Shown: in pieces, positions 26,286 to 35,586 of the stretch
Numbering within the stretch: position 1 is the stretch's first letter
How the letters are laid out: every line of letters begins with the position of its first letter
NCBI GenBank assembly: GCA_038231135.1
Contig: JBBRLX010000034.1
Span: 1 to 46,648 of the forward strand
Source of the DNA: Candidatus Eiseniibacteriota bacterium
GTDB lineage: Bacteria; Eisenbacteria; RBG-16-71-46
Length of the DNA: 46,648 nt
Direction: 5' to 3'
The notes under the pieces: model-generated
Database searches by the model: none
The model's input: the letters and a program-made list of their open reading frames with translations, nothing else
What the model was told of the DNA's origin: nothing
Program-made: the position numbers and the translations under genes

Positions 26286-27092
26286 ATGGAAGCCACCAAG
26301 ACGAAGCTCGTCGAATATTCCGTGAAGAACGGCGTCGCGTGGATCGAACTGACCGATCCGCCGGCGAACACCTACACCTACGAAATGATGCGCGATCTCG
26401 ACGAAGCCATCCTCAAGGCGCGTTTCGACGAGACGGTGCACGTGCTGGTGCTGCGCGGCGCGGGCGAGAAGTTCTTCTGCGCGGGCGCGAACATCAACAT
26501 GCTCAAGACCGTGAATCCCACGTTCAAGTACTACTTCTGCCTGCACGCCAACGAGACGCTGAACCGGCTGGAGCAGACCCCCAAGCTGGTGATCGCGGCG
26601 CTCAACGGCCACACCGTGGGAGGCGGCCTCGAGATCGCGATGGCGGCCGACATCCGGATCGCGCGCAAGGGCGCGGGCAAGGTCGGCCTGCCCGAGGTGA
26701 CGCTCGGCGTGCTGCCCGGCACCGGCGGCACGCAGCGGCTGGCGCGGCTGGTGAACAAGAGCACCGCGATCGAGCTGATGGTCACCGGCGACACCTTCGA
26801 CTTCGACCGGGCGCAGGCGCTCGGTGTCGTGAACCAGGTGTGGGAGACGGCGTCGAGCGACGAGTTCATCGAGAAGATCCAGAAGTACGCCGAGCAGTTC
26901 TGCCCGCCGAACCGCGCCGCCAAGGCCGTCGGCCGCATCAAGCGGTCGGTGCAGAGCGGCGTCGAGATCCCGTTCGAGTCCGCGCTCGCCATCGAGCGCG
27001 AGTTGCAGCAGCAGTTGTTCCAGAGCGACGACGCGAAGGAAGGCCTGAGCGCCTATATCGAAAAGCGCAAGCCGAACTTCAGCGGCAAGTAG
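26286..27092 (+). CDS. Enoyl-CoA hydratase/isomerase family protein
   Basis: FFCAGAN, ALNGHTVGGGLEIA.A.D, GLPEVTLGVLPGTGGTQRL, EGL.AY.EKRKP.F. Confidence 0.93.
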   Translation: MEATKTKLVEYSVKNGVAWIELTDPPANTYTYEMMRDLDEAILKARFDETVHVLVLRGAGEKFFCAGANINMLKTVNPTFKYYFCLHANETLNRLEQTPKLVIAALNGHTVGGGLEIAMAADIRIARKGAGKVGLPEVTLGVLPGTGGTQRLARLVNKSTAIELMVTGDTFDFDRAQALGVVNQVWETASSDEFIEKIQKYAEQFCPPNRAAKAVGRIKRSVQSGVEIPFESALAIERELQQQLFQSDDAKEGLSAYIEKRKPNFSGK

Positions 27093-27141
27093 CGGCCGGC
27101 AGCGTCCGCGGGTCGTCCCCCAAGGCCGCACGCGGCACCCG

Positions 27142-27172
27142 ACGCCCCGCCGGACGCACACCGGCGGGGCGT
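27142..27172 (+). terminator. 12-bp GC-rich stem-loop without U-tract after the crotonase gene
   Basis: ACGCCCCGCCGG-N7-CCGGCGGGGCGT. Confidence 0.45.
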
Positions 27173-27199
27173 TCGCGGTCCCGCGCCGTTCCCGATAGC

Positions 27200-28399
27200 A
27201 TGAAAACCGTGCTCCGACCCCATGTCTGGATCCTGCTCGCGGCCGCGTTCGTCACCACGGCGGCCGCTCCCGCCGTGCGCCGGCCCGGTCCGCCGCGGCG
27301 TCCCGCGGTGCGCACGGCCGCCCCACTCGACACCGCCGGGCGCCGCCGCATCGGGACCGTCCGGAGCGCGTTCACGGACGCGCTCGCGCTCGAGCAGCGC
27401 GGCGATCTCAAGGACGCGATCATGGCCTATCGGGCGGTGGTCGCCGCCGACTCGACCTATCCCGAGGCGCACTACCGCATGGGGCGCCTGCTCGTGTCCC
27501 TCGACCGGCTGCCGGACGCGATCAAGGCGTTTCGCGCCGAGCTCAAGTTCCATCGCGACCACGTCGCCGCCCAGCGCGAACTGGGGCTCGCGCTCGCGCG
27601 CACCGGCGAGACCACGCAGGCGCTCGCCGCGCTCGAGCAACTGACCCGCATCAATCCCACCGACGACCAGTCGTGGCAGGCGCTCGGCTTCGCGCGTTCG
27701 GTCGCGGGTCATCCGGCGGAGGCGGAGGCGGCGCTGCGCCGCGCGATCGAATACCCGCCGGATCGCGCGAGCGAGCATCGCGACCTCGGCGTGCTGCTGG
27801 CGTCGATGGGCCGCGAGAACGACGCGCGCGAGGAATATCGCGCGGCGCTCGCGCTCGACGAGGCGGACCCGGCGACCTGGGCGAACCTGGGCAATCTCGA
27901 GTCGCGCTCCGGGCACTGGCAGGCGGCGCTCGACGCCTACCGCACGGCGGAGGCGCGCGATTCGTCGTATGCGCTGGCACTCCAGGGCCAGCTCGTGGCG
28001 CTCGACGCGCTAGGTCGCGGCGCCGACGCCGCGGCGACCGCCGAGCGCTGGCTCGCCACCCGGCCCGACGATCATCGTGCGCGGCTCGACGCGGCGAGCC
28101 GCTACCACCAACTCGGGCGCGACGACGTGGCGCTCCGTCTGGCGCGCGATGGCGTGAAGCGCCAGCCCATGTCCGGGGATGCCCGCGTGGTGCTCAGCTC
28201 GGTGCTGGACGCGACCGGGCGGCCGCGGGAGGCACTGCGCGAATTGCGGATCGCCGGGCGGGCGTTCCACGATCCGATCAATCGCGGTCACGTGGTGAGC
28301 ATGATCAATGCGACGATGGCGGCCCTGCCGGAGTCGGTCCGGGTGCTGGCGCGTGCCGATTCCGTTGCGCTCACACGACGGGCGCCCGCGCGGCGCTGA
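27200..28399 (+). CDS. Exported tetratricopeptide-repeat protein
   Basis: Signal peptide MKTVLRPHVWILLAAAF; repeated AHYRMG / AQRELG / SWQALG / TWANLG TPR helices. Confidence 0.85.
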   Translation: MKTVLRPHVWILLAAAFVTTAAAPAVRRPGPPRRPAVRTAAPLDTAGRRRIGTVRSAFTDALALEQRGDLKDAIMAYRAVVAADSTYPEAHYRMGRLLVSLDRLPDAIKAFRAELKFHRDHVAAQRELGLALARTGETTQALAALEQLTRINPTDDQSWQALGFARSVAGHPAEAEAALRRAIEYPPDRASEHRDLGVLLASMGRENDAREEYRAALALDEADPATWANLGNLESRSGHWQAALDAYRTAEARDSSYALALQGQLVALDALGRGADAAATAERWLATRPDDHRARLDAASRYHQLGRDDVALRLARDGVKRQPMSGDARVVLSSVLDATGRPREALRELRIAGRAFHDPINRGHVVSMINATMAALPESVRVLARADSVALTRRAPARR

Positions 28400-28585
28400 G
28401 GCGCGGCGGAATCGTCTGCCGTGCTCCTGGGCCCGATGCCCGCTCGTCGCCGTGTCCGCAACCGGCGGGACGGGACGGCTCCAACCGGCGCATGGTCGTT
28501 GTGAGCCGGGCGGCGCTCCGTTACATTGATTGATCCGGCGGGCCCGCTCAGGGCTCCCGTCGTTCCATCACCATCGAGCATCCTG

Positions 28586-29617
28586 ATGAGCGCCCCGAAT
28601 CCCGAGCCCGAACACACGCTGCTGCTGGCCGCCCCGCGCGGATTCTGCGCCGGCGTCGACCGCGCCATCGACATCGTCGATCTGGCGCTGCAGGTGTACG
28701 GCGCTCCGATCTACGTGCGCCACGAGATCGTGCACAACCGGCACGTGGTGCAGGACCTGCGCGACAAGGGCGCGATCTTCGTCGACGAGCTGTCCGGCGT
28801 GCCGGCGGGCGCGGTGGTGATCTTCTCGGCGCACGGCGTGTCGCCGGCGGTGCGGCGCGAGGCGCAGGAGCGCGGCCTCAAGGCGCTCGATGCCACCTGT
28901 CCGCTCGTCACCAAGGTGCACCTCGAGGCGCTCAAGTACGCGCGAGAAGGCCACACGATCGTGCTGATCGGGCACCGCAACCACGTCGAGGTGCAGGGCA
29001 CCATGGGCGAGGCGCCGGAATCGATCGTGCTCGTGGAGACGATCGACGACGCCGAGCGGATCCAGGTCGCCGATCCCGAACGCGTCGCCTACATCACGCA
29101 GACCACGCTGTCGGTGGACGACGTGCGCGCCATCATCGCGGTGCTGGTGCGCCGGTTCCCGGCCATCCACCAGCCGGCGAAGGACGACATCTGCTACGCG
29201 ACCACGAACCGCCAGAGCGCGGTGAAGGAACTGGCCCGCCGCTGCGCGGTGGTGCTCGTCGTGGGCGCGCCGTCGAGCAGCAACGCGAACCGTCTCGTCG
29301 AAGTGGCACAGCAACTGGGCGCGGAGGCGCACCTGATCGAATCCGCGAGCGACATCGACCCGGCGTGGATTCGCGGTGATGTCGGCATCACCGCCGGCGC
29401 CTCGACGCCCGAGGCGGTCGTGCAGGAATGCGTGCAGCGCGTGTCGGGCATGGGCAACTACCGGCTCGAGGAGTTCCGGTTGATCGAGGAGCGCGTCATG
29501 TTCCCGCTGCCGGGCGAGCTGCTCGCCGCGGCGAAGCGCGAAGGCGTGCCGGTGGGCGCGGGCAACGAGCGCGCCGCGGCCCGCGCCGAGGACGAGTACA
29601 AGATCCGTCATCATTGA
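28586..29617 (+). CDS. ispH: 4-hydroxy-3-methylbut-2-enyl diphosphate reductase
   Basis: PRGFCAGV, EIVHN, SAHGV, DATCPLV, QTTLS, DICYAT.NRQ, SSN, TAGASTP. Confidence 0.97.
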   Translation: MSAPNPEPEHTLLLAAPRGFCAGVDRAIDIVDLALQVYGAPIYVRHEIVHNRHVVQDLRDKGAIFVDELSGVPAGAVVIFSAHGVSPAVRREAQERGLKALDATCPLVTKVHLEALKYAREGHTIVLIGHRNHVEVQGTMGEAPESIVLVETIDDAERIQVADPERVAYITQTTLSVDDVRAIIAVLVRRFPAIHQPAKDDICYATTNRQSAVKELARRCAVVLVVGAPSSSNANRLVEVAQQLGAEAHLIESASDIDPAWIRGDVGITAGASTPEAVVQECVQRVSGMGNYRLEEFRLIEERVMFPLPGELLAAAKREGVPVGAGNERAAARAEDEYKIRHH

Positions 29618-30448
29618 ATGCTGAGTTCCCGCGTTCCCCTCGTGCCGCACATCCCGACACTGCTCGTGGATGCGCACCGCGGCCACCACACCGAGATGCT
29701 CGAGGCGCTGGGTGAACTGTCGCAGGAACTGGCCGGCACCCCGACCGCGGCGGCCGTGGTGCTGAGCGCCCGCTGGCAGTCGAGCGGGCCGTTCCTCGTG
29801 GATTCCGGCGCGTCGCATCAGACGATCACCGACTACAGCGGGTTCGGCGTCGAGGTCCGCTACGATTGCCCCGGGCATCCGGCGCTCGCTCGCGCGCTGG
29901 TCGAGGCGGGCGGGCGGGCCGGCCTGCGCGTCGCGGCCACGCACCGTGGCGTGGACAGCGGCGTCAGCGTGCCCCTGAACTTCCTGCGCCCCGATCGCGG
30001 GCTGCCGGTGGTGCCGCTGTCGGTCGCCGATCGTCCGCTCGCCGAGTGCCGCGCGTGGGGAGCGGAGCTGCGCCGGCGCCTCGAACTGTGGCCGGACCCG
30101 GTGCTGTTCGTGGTGGGCGGCCTGCTGTCGTTCGATCCGCACGCGTGGCAGCTCGGGCGCGAAGTCGGGGCGCAGCGGGAGTTCGACCAGCGGCTGCTGC
30201 GCGCGCTCGATGCCGGCGACTGGGACGCGGTGGCCGCGGAGCGGGACACGCTGGCGGCGGCCGGACGCCGCACCAGCGGGGCTGGCGTGCTGGTCGAGGG
30301 CGAGTTGCGGCATCTCGAGATCCTGCGCGGCTGCCTCGGCGCGGACCTGCCGGGCGACGTGAGATGCTACGAACCCAGCCCCGGTGTGGGCGCGGCGCTC
30401 GTGACGTTCGAGATCCCCCCGCCGCCCGCCGAAGCGCCGCCGGCCTAA
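29618..30448 (+). CDS. LigB/DODA-like class III extradiol dioxygenase-fold protein with divergent active site
   Basis: VVLSARW, TDYSGF..E..YDCPGHPALA, RGVDSGV.VPL, PVVPLS, EFDQRLL; starts 1 bp after the ispH stop. Confidence 0.75.
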   Translation: MLSSRVPLVPHIPTLLVDAHRGHHTEMLEALGELSQELAGTPTAAAVVLSARWQSSGPFLVDSGASHQTITDYSGFGVEVRYDCPGHPALARALVEAGGRAGLRVAATHRGVDSGVSVPLNFLRPDRGLPVVPLSVADRPLAECRAWGAELRRRLELWPDPVLFVVGGLLSFDPHAWQLGREVGAQREFDQRLLRALDAGDWDAVAAERDTLAAAGRRTSGAGVLVEGELRHLEILRGCLGADLPGDVRCYEPSPGVGAALVTFEIPPPPAEAPPA

Positions 30449-30458
30449 GCCGCAGTGA

Positions 30459-31061
30459 TCAGCGCTGCGCGCCGTACTCCCACGGTTCGACGCCGGCTTC
30501 GAGCGTGACGCCGAGCGCGCACACCATCCGGTTGATCGCGTTGTAGAACGCCGCGACCTCGGTGGCGCGCACGATCGCCGCATCGCCGAATCCGTATTCG
30601 CGCATCCGCTCGATGTCCTCGAGCTTGCGCTCGTCGGGCTCGCAGGTCAGCGCCACCGCGTAATCGAGCAGCACGCGGTCCTGCGCCAGCAGGTTGGCTT
30701 CGCGATAGTCGCGCGCCACGTCGCGTGCCAGCGCCAGTGCCCCAACGTCACCCGCCAGCTTGCGGCTGCCGTCGTCGCGCAGCGCTCGTGCCAGCCGGGG
30801 GCCGTGGTGCGCCACGCAGTACCCGCAACCGTTCGTGGCCGACACCACGAGCGCGATCAATTCCGCCTGGGACGTCGTGAGTGGCGCGGGTTCGCCCATC
30901 AGCGCGTCGAATTGCGCGAACACCCGGTCCAATCCGGGCGCGTCGATCGCCAGCGTCTGCCACAGGTTCGACACCGCACCGCGCGACGACGCCGAGGCGA
31001 TGGCGGCGTAGAGCGCGGGAGCTTCGGGAGAGTCGGGAGCGATTGCGCGGGTCCAGCTCAC
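30459..31061 (-). CDS. AhpD/CMD-family peroxidase-related enzyme
   Basis: ELIALVVSATNGCGYCVAHH, LLDYAVALT, AAFYNAINR. Confidence 0.88.
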   Translation of the reverse strand: MSWTRAIAPDSPEAPALYAAIASASSRGAVSNLWQTLAIDAPGLDRVFAQFDALMGEPAPLTTSQAELIALVVSATNGCGYCVAHHGPRLARALRDDGSRKLAGDVGALALARDVARDYREANLLAQDRVLLDYAVALTCEPDERKLEDIERMREYGFGDAAIVRATEVAAFYNAINRMVCALGVTLEAGVEPWEYGAQR

Positions 31062-31212
31062 GCGAGGCCTGCCAGGGGTTGAGGGGTTCGGTCACGGACG
31101 TCCGCCGACGGGAACGCCGACTCGGTGCGCGATGCTAGGAGCCGCTGCGGCCGCGGGTCAAACCTGACGTCGGCGTTGCACGCTTCCGCCCTGCCAGCCT
31201 TAGGATGGCGGC

Positions 31213-31704
31213 ATGTCGACAATCGAGGAACACGGCCGCGCGCCATGGGTCGCGCTGGCGGTGCTGCTGGTGCTCGCCGCGGGACTGGGGCTCGCCTACC
31301 GCCAGGGCCTGCCGCACCGGCCGCCGGTCTCGAAGCCGATTCAGGTCTCGGTGCCCTCGGACACCGGCGATGCCGTGATCGGTGAGGCGCTGGCGCAGGT
31401 GCCCGTCGATTCGACGGAGCTCAAGAACCGCTGGATGGACGAGATCCCCGGGCTCGACGTGTCGATGCTCACCGCCGCGCAACGGCAGCGGCTGGTGCGC
31501 GTCGCGAATTCCTACCGGTGCACCTGCGGCTGCGGATTCACACTCGCCACCTGCCGCGCGTTCGACCTCACCTGCCCGGTGAGCGGGCCGCGCGTCCTGG
31601 CACTGCGGGATTCGGTGCGGGCCGGGCTCATTCCGGCGAAGGGGTTGCGGGTGCGACCACCCCCGGCTCGGGACGCGGCGATGCACGGGCACGGGCCCGG
31701 CTGA
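31213..31704 (+). CDS. Hypothetical membrane-anchored protein with CTCGC...C...C motif
   Basis: N-terminal TM; ANSYRCTCGCGFTLATCRAFDLTCPVS. Confidence 0.7.
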   Translation: MSTIEEHGRAPWVALAVLLVLAAGLGLAYRQGLPHRPPVSKPIQVSVPSDTGDAVIGEALAQVPVDSTELKNRWMDEIPGLDVSMLTAAQRQRLVRVANSYRCTCGCGFTLATCRAFDLTCPVSGPRVLALRDSVRAGLIPAKGLRVRPPPARDAAMHGHGPG

Positions 31705-31902
31705 GTTTCGCCGGCCCTGTTCCAGCCCCCCAGCGCCGGCCGAAATCCGCGGCCCGCCTGGCGATCCGCCGGTGCCGGTCGCTCCGCCGTCGTTCCCGAC
31801 CCACCGAATTCCGCTGGAGAAACGCCGATTCGGCTGTCACACTCCACCCGCGCGCTGCGCTTCGAACGTGTCTCCCGTTCACGCCCCTTCAGGAGAGGCC
31901 CC

Positions 31903-33207
31903 ATGTTCATCGCCCACAATCGTTTCCTGACCCGCAGCCTGGCGAGCCTGGTGCTCGCCTGTGCCTTCGCCTCCACCGCTGCCGCGAAGGCGTTCGTCCT
32001 TCCGCACGTCCTCGAGAAATCCGGCACCATCAACACCACACAATTCACATTCGACACCCAGCTGTTCCTCACCTATTCGGGGGGACTCGCGGGCGTCGGC
32101 AGCGGCCCCACGGTGGGCGCCGATTGCTCGCTCTACCTGTTCGACACCGCGACGGGTCACCCGTTGCTCTCGGCGACCAGCCAGGAAGTGTGCAACCCGT
32201 GCACGTTCACGCTCGGCACCGGCGCCAACGGAGTTGCCCGCAAGCAGTCGATTCGCATCGACGACCTGATCACCGCCAAGGGCGGCTTCACGGACGCCTC
32301 GCAGGTGATGCACGCGAGCGGCGTGATGCAGGTGACCGGCGACGCGGACAACGTGGCGATCGACTGCTTCGTCGTCAATTCGCACACCAGCGCGTTCGAC
32401 CTGTCCGAATGCTCGGTGGGCGCGCACGAGATCGGCACGGCGCCGTGCCCGCCCGTCGCCAGCACGAAACGCGTGTTCGTGCTGCCGCACGTGCTCGAGA
32501 AGAGCGGTACGATCTCGAACACCCAGTTCACATTCGATAGCGACGTGCTGTGCACCTATGGCGGCGGACTGTCGGGGGTGCCGGGGGGCAATGCGCAGGT
32601 GCAGTTGTATCTCTACGACAACACCGGCGCCGTGATGCGCGGGTCCACGTCCGAGGTGTGCAATCCGTGCATCGCATCGCTGGATGCCACGACCCGCACG
32701 CATGATTTCAAGCTCGAGGACCTGATCACGACGAACGGCGGCGGGTTCGATGCCGCAACGAAGCTGGGCTTCGGCATCGCCGTCGTGGGGGGCGCCGATC
32801 CCGACGGCGTGAACATCCAGGGCTTCGTGGTCAATTCGCACACCAGCCCGTTCGACCTGTCGGTGTTCGGCTTCGATCCGCAGCCGATCGTGGCCGCGCC
32901 GACGGCGGGAGTGCCCGATCAGTCCGGTCTGGTGCGGTCACTGCGCGGCAGCCCCAATCCGGCGCGCAGCAGCGTCGAGTTCGCGCTCGACCTCGAGCGC
33001 GGCAGCGACGTCGATCTGGCGCTGTTCGACACCGCCGGCCGCCGCGTGGCCACCATCTTCCATGGCCACCGCGCGGCGGGGCCGGGCACCGTGCAGTGGA
33101 ACGGCCGCGACGCGGCCGGCGCGAAGCTCGCGTCCGGCGTGTATTTTGCGCGGCTGTCCGGCGCGGACGGCTCGCGCCTGACCAAGGTCGTATACCTGCC
33201 GAATTAG
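31903..33207 (+). CDS. Secreted protein with a duplicated ~140-aa unknown domain and a C-terminal FlgD/T9SS-like Ig domain
   Basis: Signal peptide; two FVLPHVLEKSGTI..TQFTFD...EVCNPC...VVNSHTS.FDLS units; PNP...FDTAGRRV...WNGRD..G..LASGVYF tail; AGGAG RBS. Confidence 0.88.
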   Translation: MFIAHNRFLTRSLASLVLACAFASTAAAKAFVLPHVLEKSGTINTTQFTFDTQLFLTYSGGLAGVGSGPTVGADCSLYLFDTATGHPLLSATSQEVCNPCTFTLGTGANGVARKQSIRIDDLITAKGGFTDASQVMHASGVMQVTGDADNVAIDCFVVNSHTSAFDLSECSVGAHEIGTAPCPPVASTKRVFVLPHVLEKSGTISNTQFTFDSDVLCTYGGGLSGVPGGNAQVQLYLYDNTGAVMRGSTSEVCNPCIASLDATTRTHDFKLEDLITTNGGGFDAATKLGFGIAVVGGADPDGVNIQGFVVNSHTSPFDLSVFGFDPQPIVAAPTAGVPDQSGLVRSLRGSPNPARSSVEFALDLERGSDVDLALFDTAGRRVATIFHGHRAAGPGTVQWNGRDAAGAKLASGVYFARLSGADGSRLTKVVYLPN

Positions 33208-33219
33208 CCGCATCGCCGG

Positions 33220-33257
33220 GAATCGGGGAGCGGGACCTGGTCCCGGCTCCTCGATTC
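33220..33257 (+). terminator. Strong hairpin after the FlgD-domain gene
   Basis: GAATCGGGGAGCGGGAC-CTG-GTCCCGGCTCCTCGATTC; no clear U-tract. Confidence 0.5.
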
Positions 33258-33264
33258 GTCGCGA

Positions 33265-33294
33265 TTGACGGGCGGCGGGAGCCGGGACTAGCCT
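33265..33294 (+). promoter_or_regulatory. Possible sigma70 promoter for sod, TTGACG-N18-TAGCCT
   Basis: Good -35 and a TAnnnT -10, about 75 bp upstream of the sod start. Confidence 0.45.
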
Positions 33295-33370
33295 CGGGGC
33301 CTGAACCCCTACCGACCTTCAACGCGGCCGGACCCCGATTCCACAGGCCGCCCATGCACAGGAGGACGCC

Positions 33371-33985
33371 ATGCCTTTCCCCAAGCTCGCCGCGAAAACG
33401 TTCGGCAGCATCCGTGAGCTCAATGGCATTTCGGCCCGTACGATGGAAGAGCACTACGAGCTCTACAAGGGCTACATTGCCAAGACCAACGAAATCCAGG
33501 ACAAACTCGCCACCGTCGATCGCGCCAGTGCGAATCAGATCTATAGCGACCTCCGCTCGCTGCGCGTGGACCTGTCGTTCGCGATCGGCGGCGTGAAGAA
33601 CCACGAGCTGTACTTCGCCCATCTCGGCGGCAAGGGCGGCAGCCCCAAGGGCAAGGTCGCGGAGCTGCTGGCGCGCGACTTCCCGTCGTACGACGCATGG
33701 CTTGCGGACTTCAAGGCGTCGGGCATCGCGGCCCGCGGCTGGGTGTGGCTTGCCTACGATCACGACTGGAACACGCTCACCACGGTGGTCGGCGACGCGC
33801 AGAACACGTTTCCGATCTGGAATGCCACGCCGATCCTGGGGCTCGACGTGTACGAGCACGCGTACTGGATCGACTTCGGCCGCGCCCGCGCCAAGTACAT
33901 CGATGCGTTCTTCGCGAACCTCGATTGGGACGCCGTCGAGGCGAATCTCGACAAGGCGCTCGCGATGCAGAGCGTGAACAAGTAG
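33371..33985 (+). CDS. Fe/Mn superoxide dismutase family protein
   Basis: EEHYELY.GY, NHELYF, GW.WL, DVYEHAY; AGGAGG RBS. Confidence 0.92.
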   Translation: MPFPKLAAKTFGSIRELNGISARTMEEHYELYKGYIAKTNEIQDKLATVDRASANQIYSDLRSLRVDLSFAIGGVKNHELYFAHLGGKGGSPKGKVAELLARDFPSYDAWLADFKASGIAARGWVWLAYDHDWNTLTTVVGDAQNTFPIWNATPILGLDVYEHAYWIDFGRARAKYIDAFFANLDWDAVEANLDKALAMQSVNK

Positions 33986-34092
33986 CTCGACCCCGGCCGG
34001 CGACGGCCGTTCGACGATGACGCCGGGCTCCGAACGGAGCCCGGCAGTGCTTCCGGGCGAACGCGGGACGTTCGCCCGACACCGGAGGAACC

Positions 34093-34572
34093 ATGGCCAC
34101 CGCACTGCTTCCCGTGATCGGGAAGATGGCGCCCGATTTTTCACTGCCGTCCACCACCGGCGAGAACATCTCGCTGAAGCAGTTCAAGGGAAAGAAGACC
34201 GTCATCCTGTACTTCTATCCCAAGGACGACACGTCCGGGTGCACCCGCGAGGCCTGCGATTTCCGCGATCTGAACGCGGAGTTCGAACAGCACAACACGG
34301 TGATCCTCGGCATCTCGACGGATCCCATCGAGTCGCACATCAAGTTCCGCGACAAGCACAAGCTGCCGTTCCCGCTGCTCGTCGACGAGGACGCGACGGT
34401 GTCGAAGTTGTTCGGCGTCTACAAGACCAAGAATCTATACGGCAAGAAACACCTGGGGATCGAGCGCACCACGTTCGTGATCGACAAGACCGGCCGCATC
34501 GCCCAGATCTATCCGAAGGTGAAAGTGGAAGGCCACATTCAGGACCTGATGGAATTCGTCCGGGAGGACTGA
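34093..34572 (+). CDS. bcp: Peroxiredoxin Bcp (thioredoxin-dependent thiol peroxidase)
   Basis: APDFSL, LYFYPKDDTSGCTREACDFRD, GIERTTFVID. Confidence 0.95.
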   Translation: MATALLPVIGKMAPDFSLPSTTGENISLKQFKGKKTVILYFYPKDDTSGCTREACDFRDLNAEFEQHNTVILGISTDPIESHIKFRDKHKLPFPLLVDEDATVSKLFGVYKTKNLYGKKHLGIERTTFVIDKTGRIAQIYPKVKVEGHIQDLMEFVRED

Positions 34573-34630
34573 CCGGCGCGGGACCGGGAGCGCAACGCTC
34601 CGCGCAGTCCCGCGCACTCGTCTCGACACC

Positions 34631-35332
34631 GTGCAGAACGCGCCCAAGCTTCCGGTTCCGGTGTTCCCATTGCCGGATACCGTGCTGTTCCCCGGTACGC
34701 AGCTGCCGCTCCACGTGTTCGAGTTGCGCTACCGGACCATGGTGCGCGAAGCGTTGTCCGGCGAGCGGCTGATCGCGCTCGCGCTGCTCAAGGCGGGCTG
34801 GGAGCAGGACTACCACGGCAGCCCCGAGTTCCATCCGCTGGGATGCCTCGCGCGGTTCGAGGATGTCGTGTGGCTGCCGAATGATTGCTACGACCTGCGC
34901 GTGAAAGGGCTCGTGCGCGTGCGCTTCAAGAGCGTGGTTCGCGAGTTTCCCTATCGATCGGTGCGTGTCGAGCCGCTGCCCCAGCATCCGCACGCCGAGG
35001 ACGATCCGCTCGTCGAGATGGATCGCAGTGACCTCGCCACGTCGTTCCAGCGCATGCTCGAGGCGCACGGTGTGCCGCCCGCGTCGGCCCCGATTCACTC
35101 GGACATGGGATACGAGACGCTGGTGAACACGATCTGCACCACGATCGACCTGCGCCCCGTGGAACGGCTCGAGATGCTGGCGCTCGACAGCGTGATCGAG
35201 CGCGGCCGCCGCGTGCGCGATCTGCTGGAGCGCCGGCTCGAGCGCGCGCACCCTGCGCCGCCGCCGTTGCGGCTGCCGGGTTGGAAGCCGCCCGCGCACG
35301 GCACACCCGAGCAAGGCGGCGAGCGGAACTGA
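34631..35332 (+). CDS. Stand-alone LON peptidase substrate-binding-domain protein
   Basis: PVFPL..VLFPG..LPLHVFE.RYR.MV; no ATPase or protease domain. Confidence 0.88.
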   Translation: MQNAPKLPVPVFPLPDTVLFPGTQLPLHVFELRYRTMVREALSGERLIALALLKAGWEQDYHGSPEFHPLGCLARFEDVVWLPNDCYDLRVKGLVRVRFKSVVREFPYRSVRVEPLPQHPHAEDDPLVEMDRSDLATSFQRMLEAHGVPPASAPIHSDMGYETLVNTICTTIDLRPVERLEMLALDSVIERGRRVRDLLERRLERAHPAPPPLRLPGWKPPAHGTPEQGGERN

Positions 35333-35586
35333 CGGCGACAAGTGGTGCTCACCTGCCGTGGATTGTTTAGGACTACGGTGCTTGGGATGGTGAGAACCAA
35401 CGCGGGGATAGCGGCGATTCATCTTCCCTGACTTTCGATTCTGGACTATGATGAATTTGCACTGACCGGCCCCTTGCAGGCGGCGAGAGTCGCCCTCCCG
35501 ATATTAACCTGCCGAACGTCCATCCTGTTCGGTAATTCCTGTGTCCAGCGTTGTGTTGTCGGAACCCAACGATCCGGGGGCGAACC

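Noticed and set aside
31058..31246. 62-aa minus-strand ORF upstream of the AhpD gene
   Set aside because: Overlaps the start of the divergent gene and has no recognisable features
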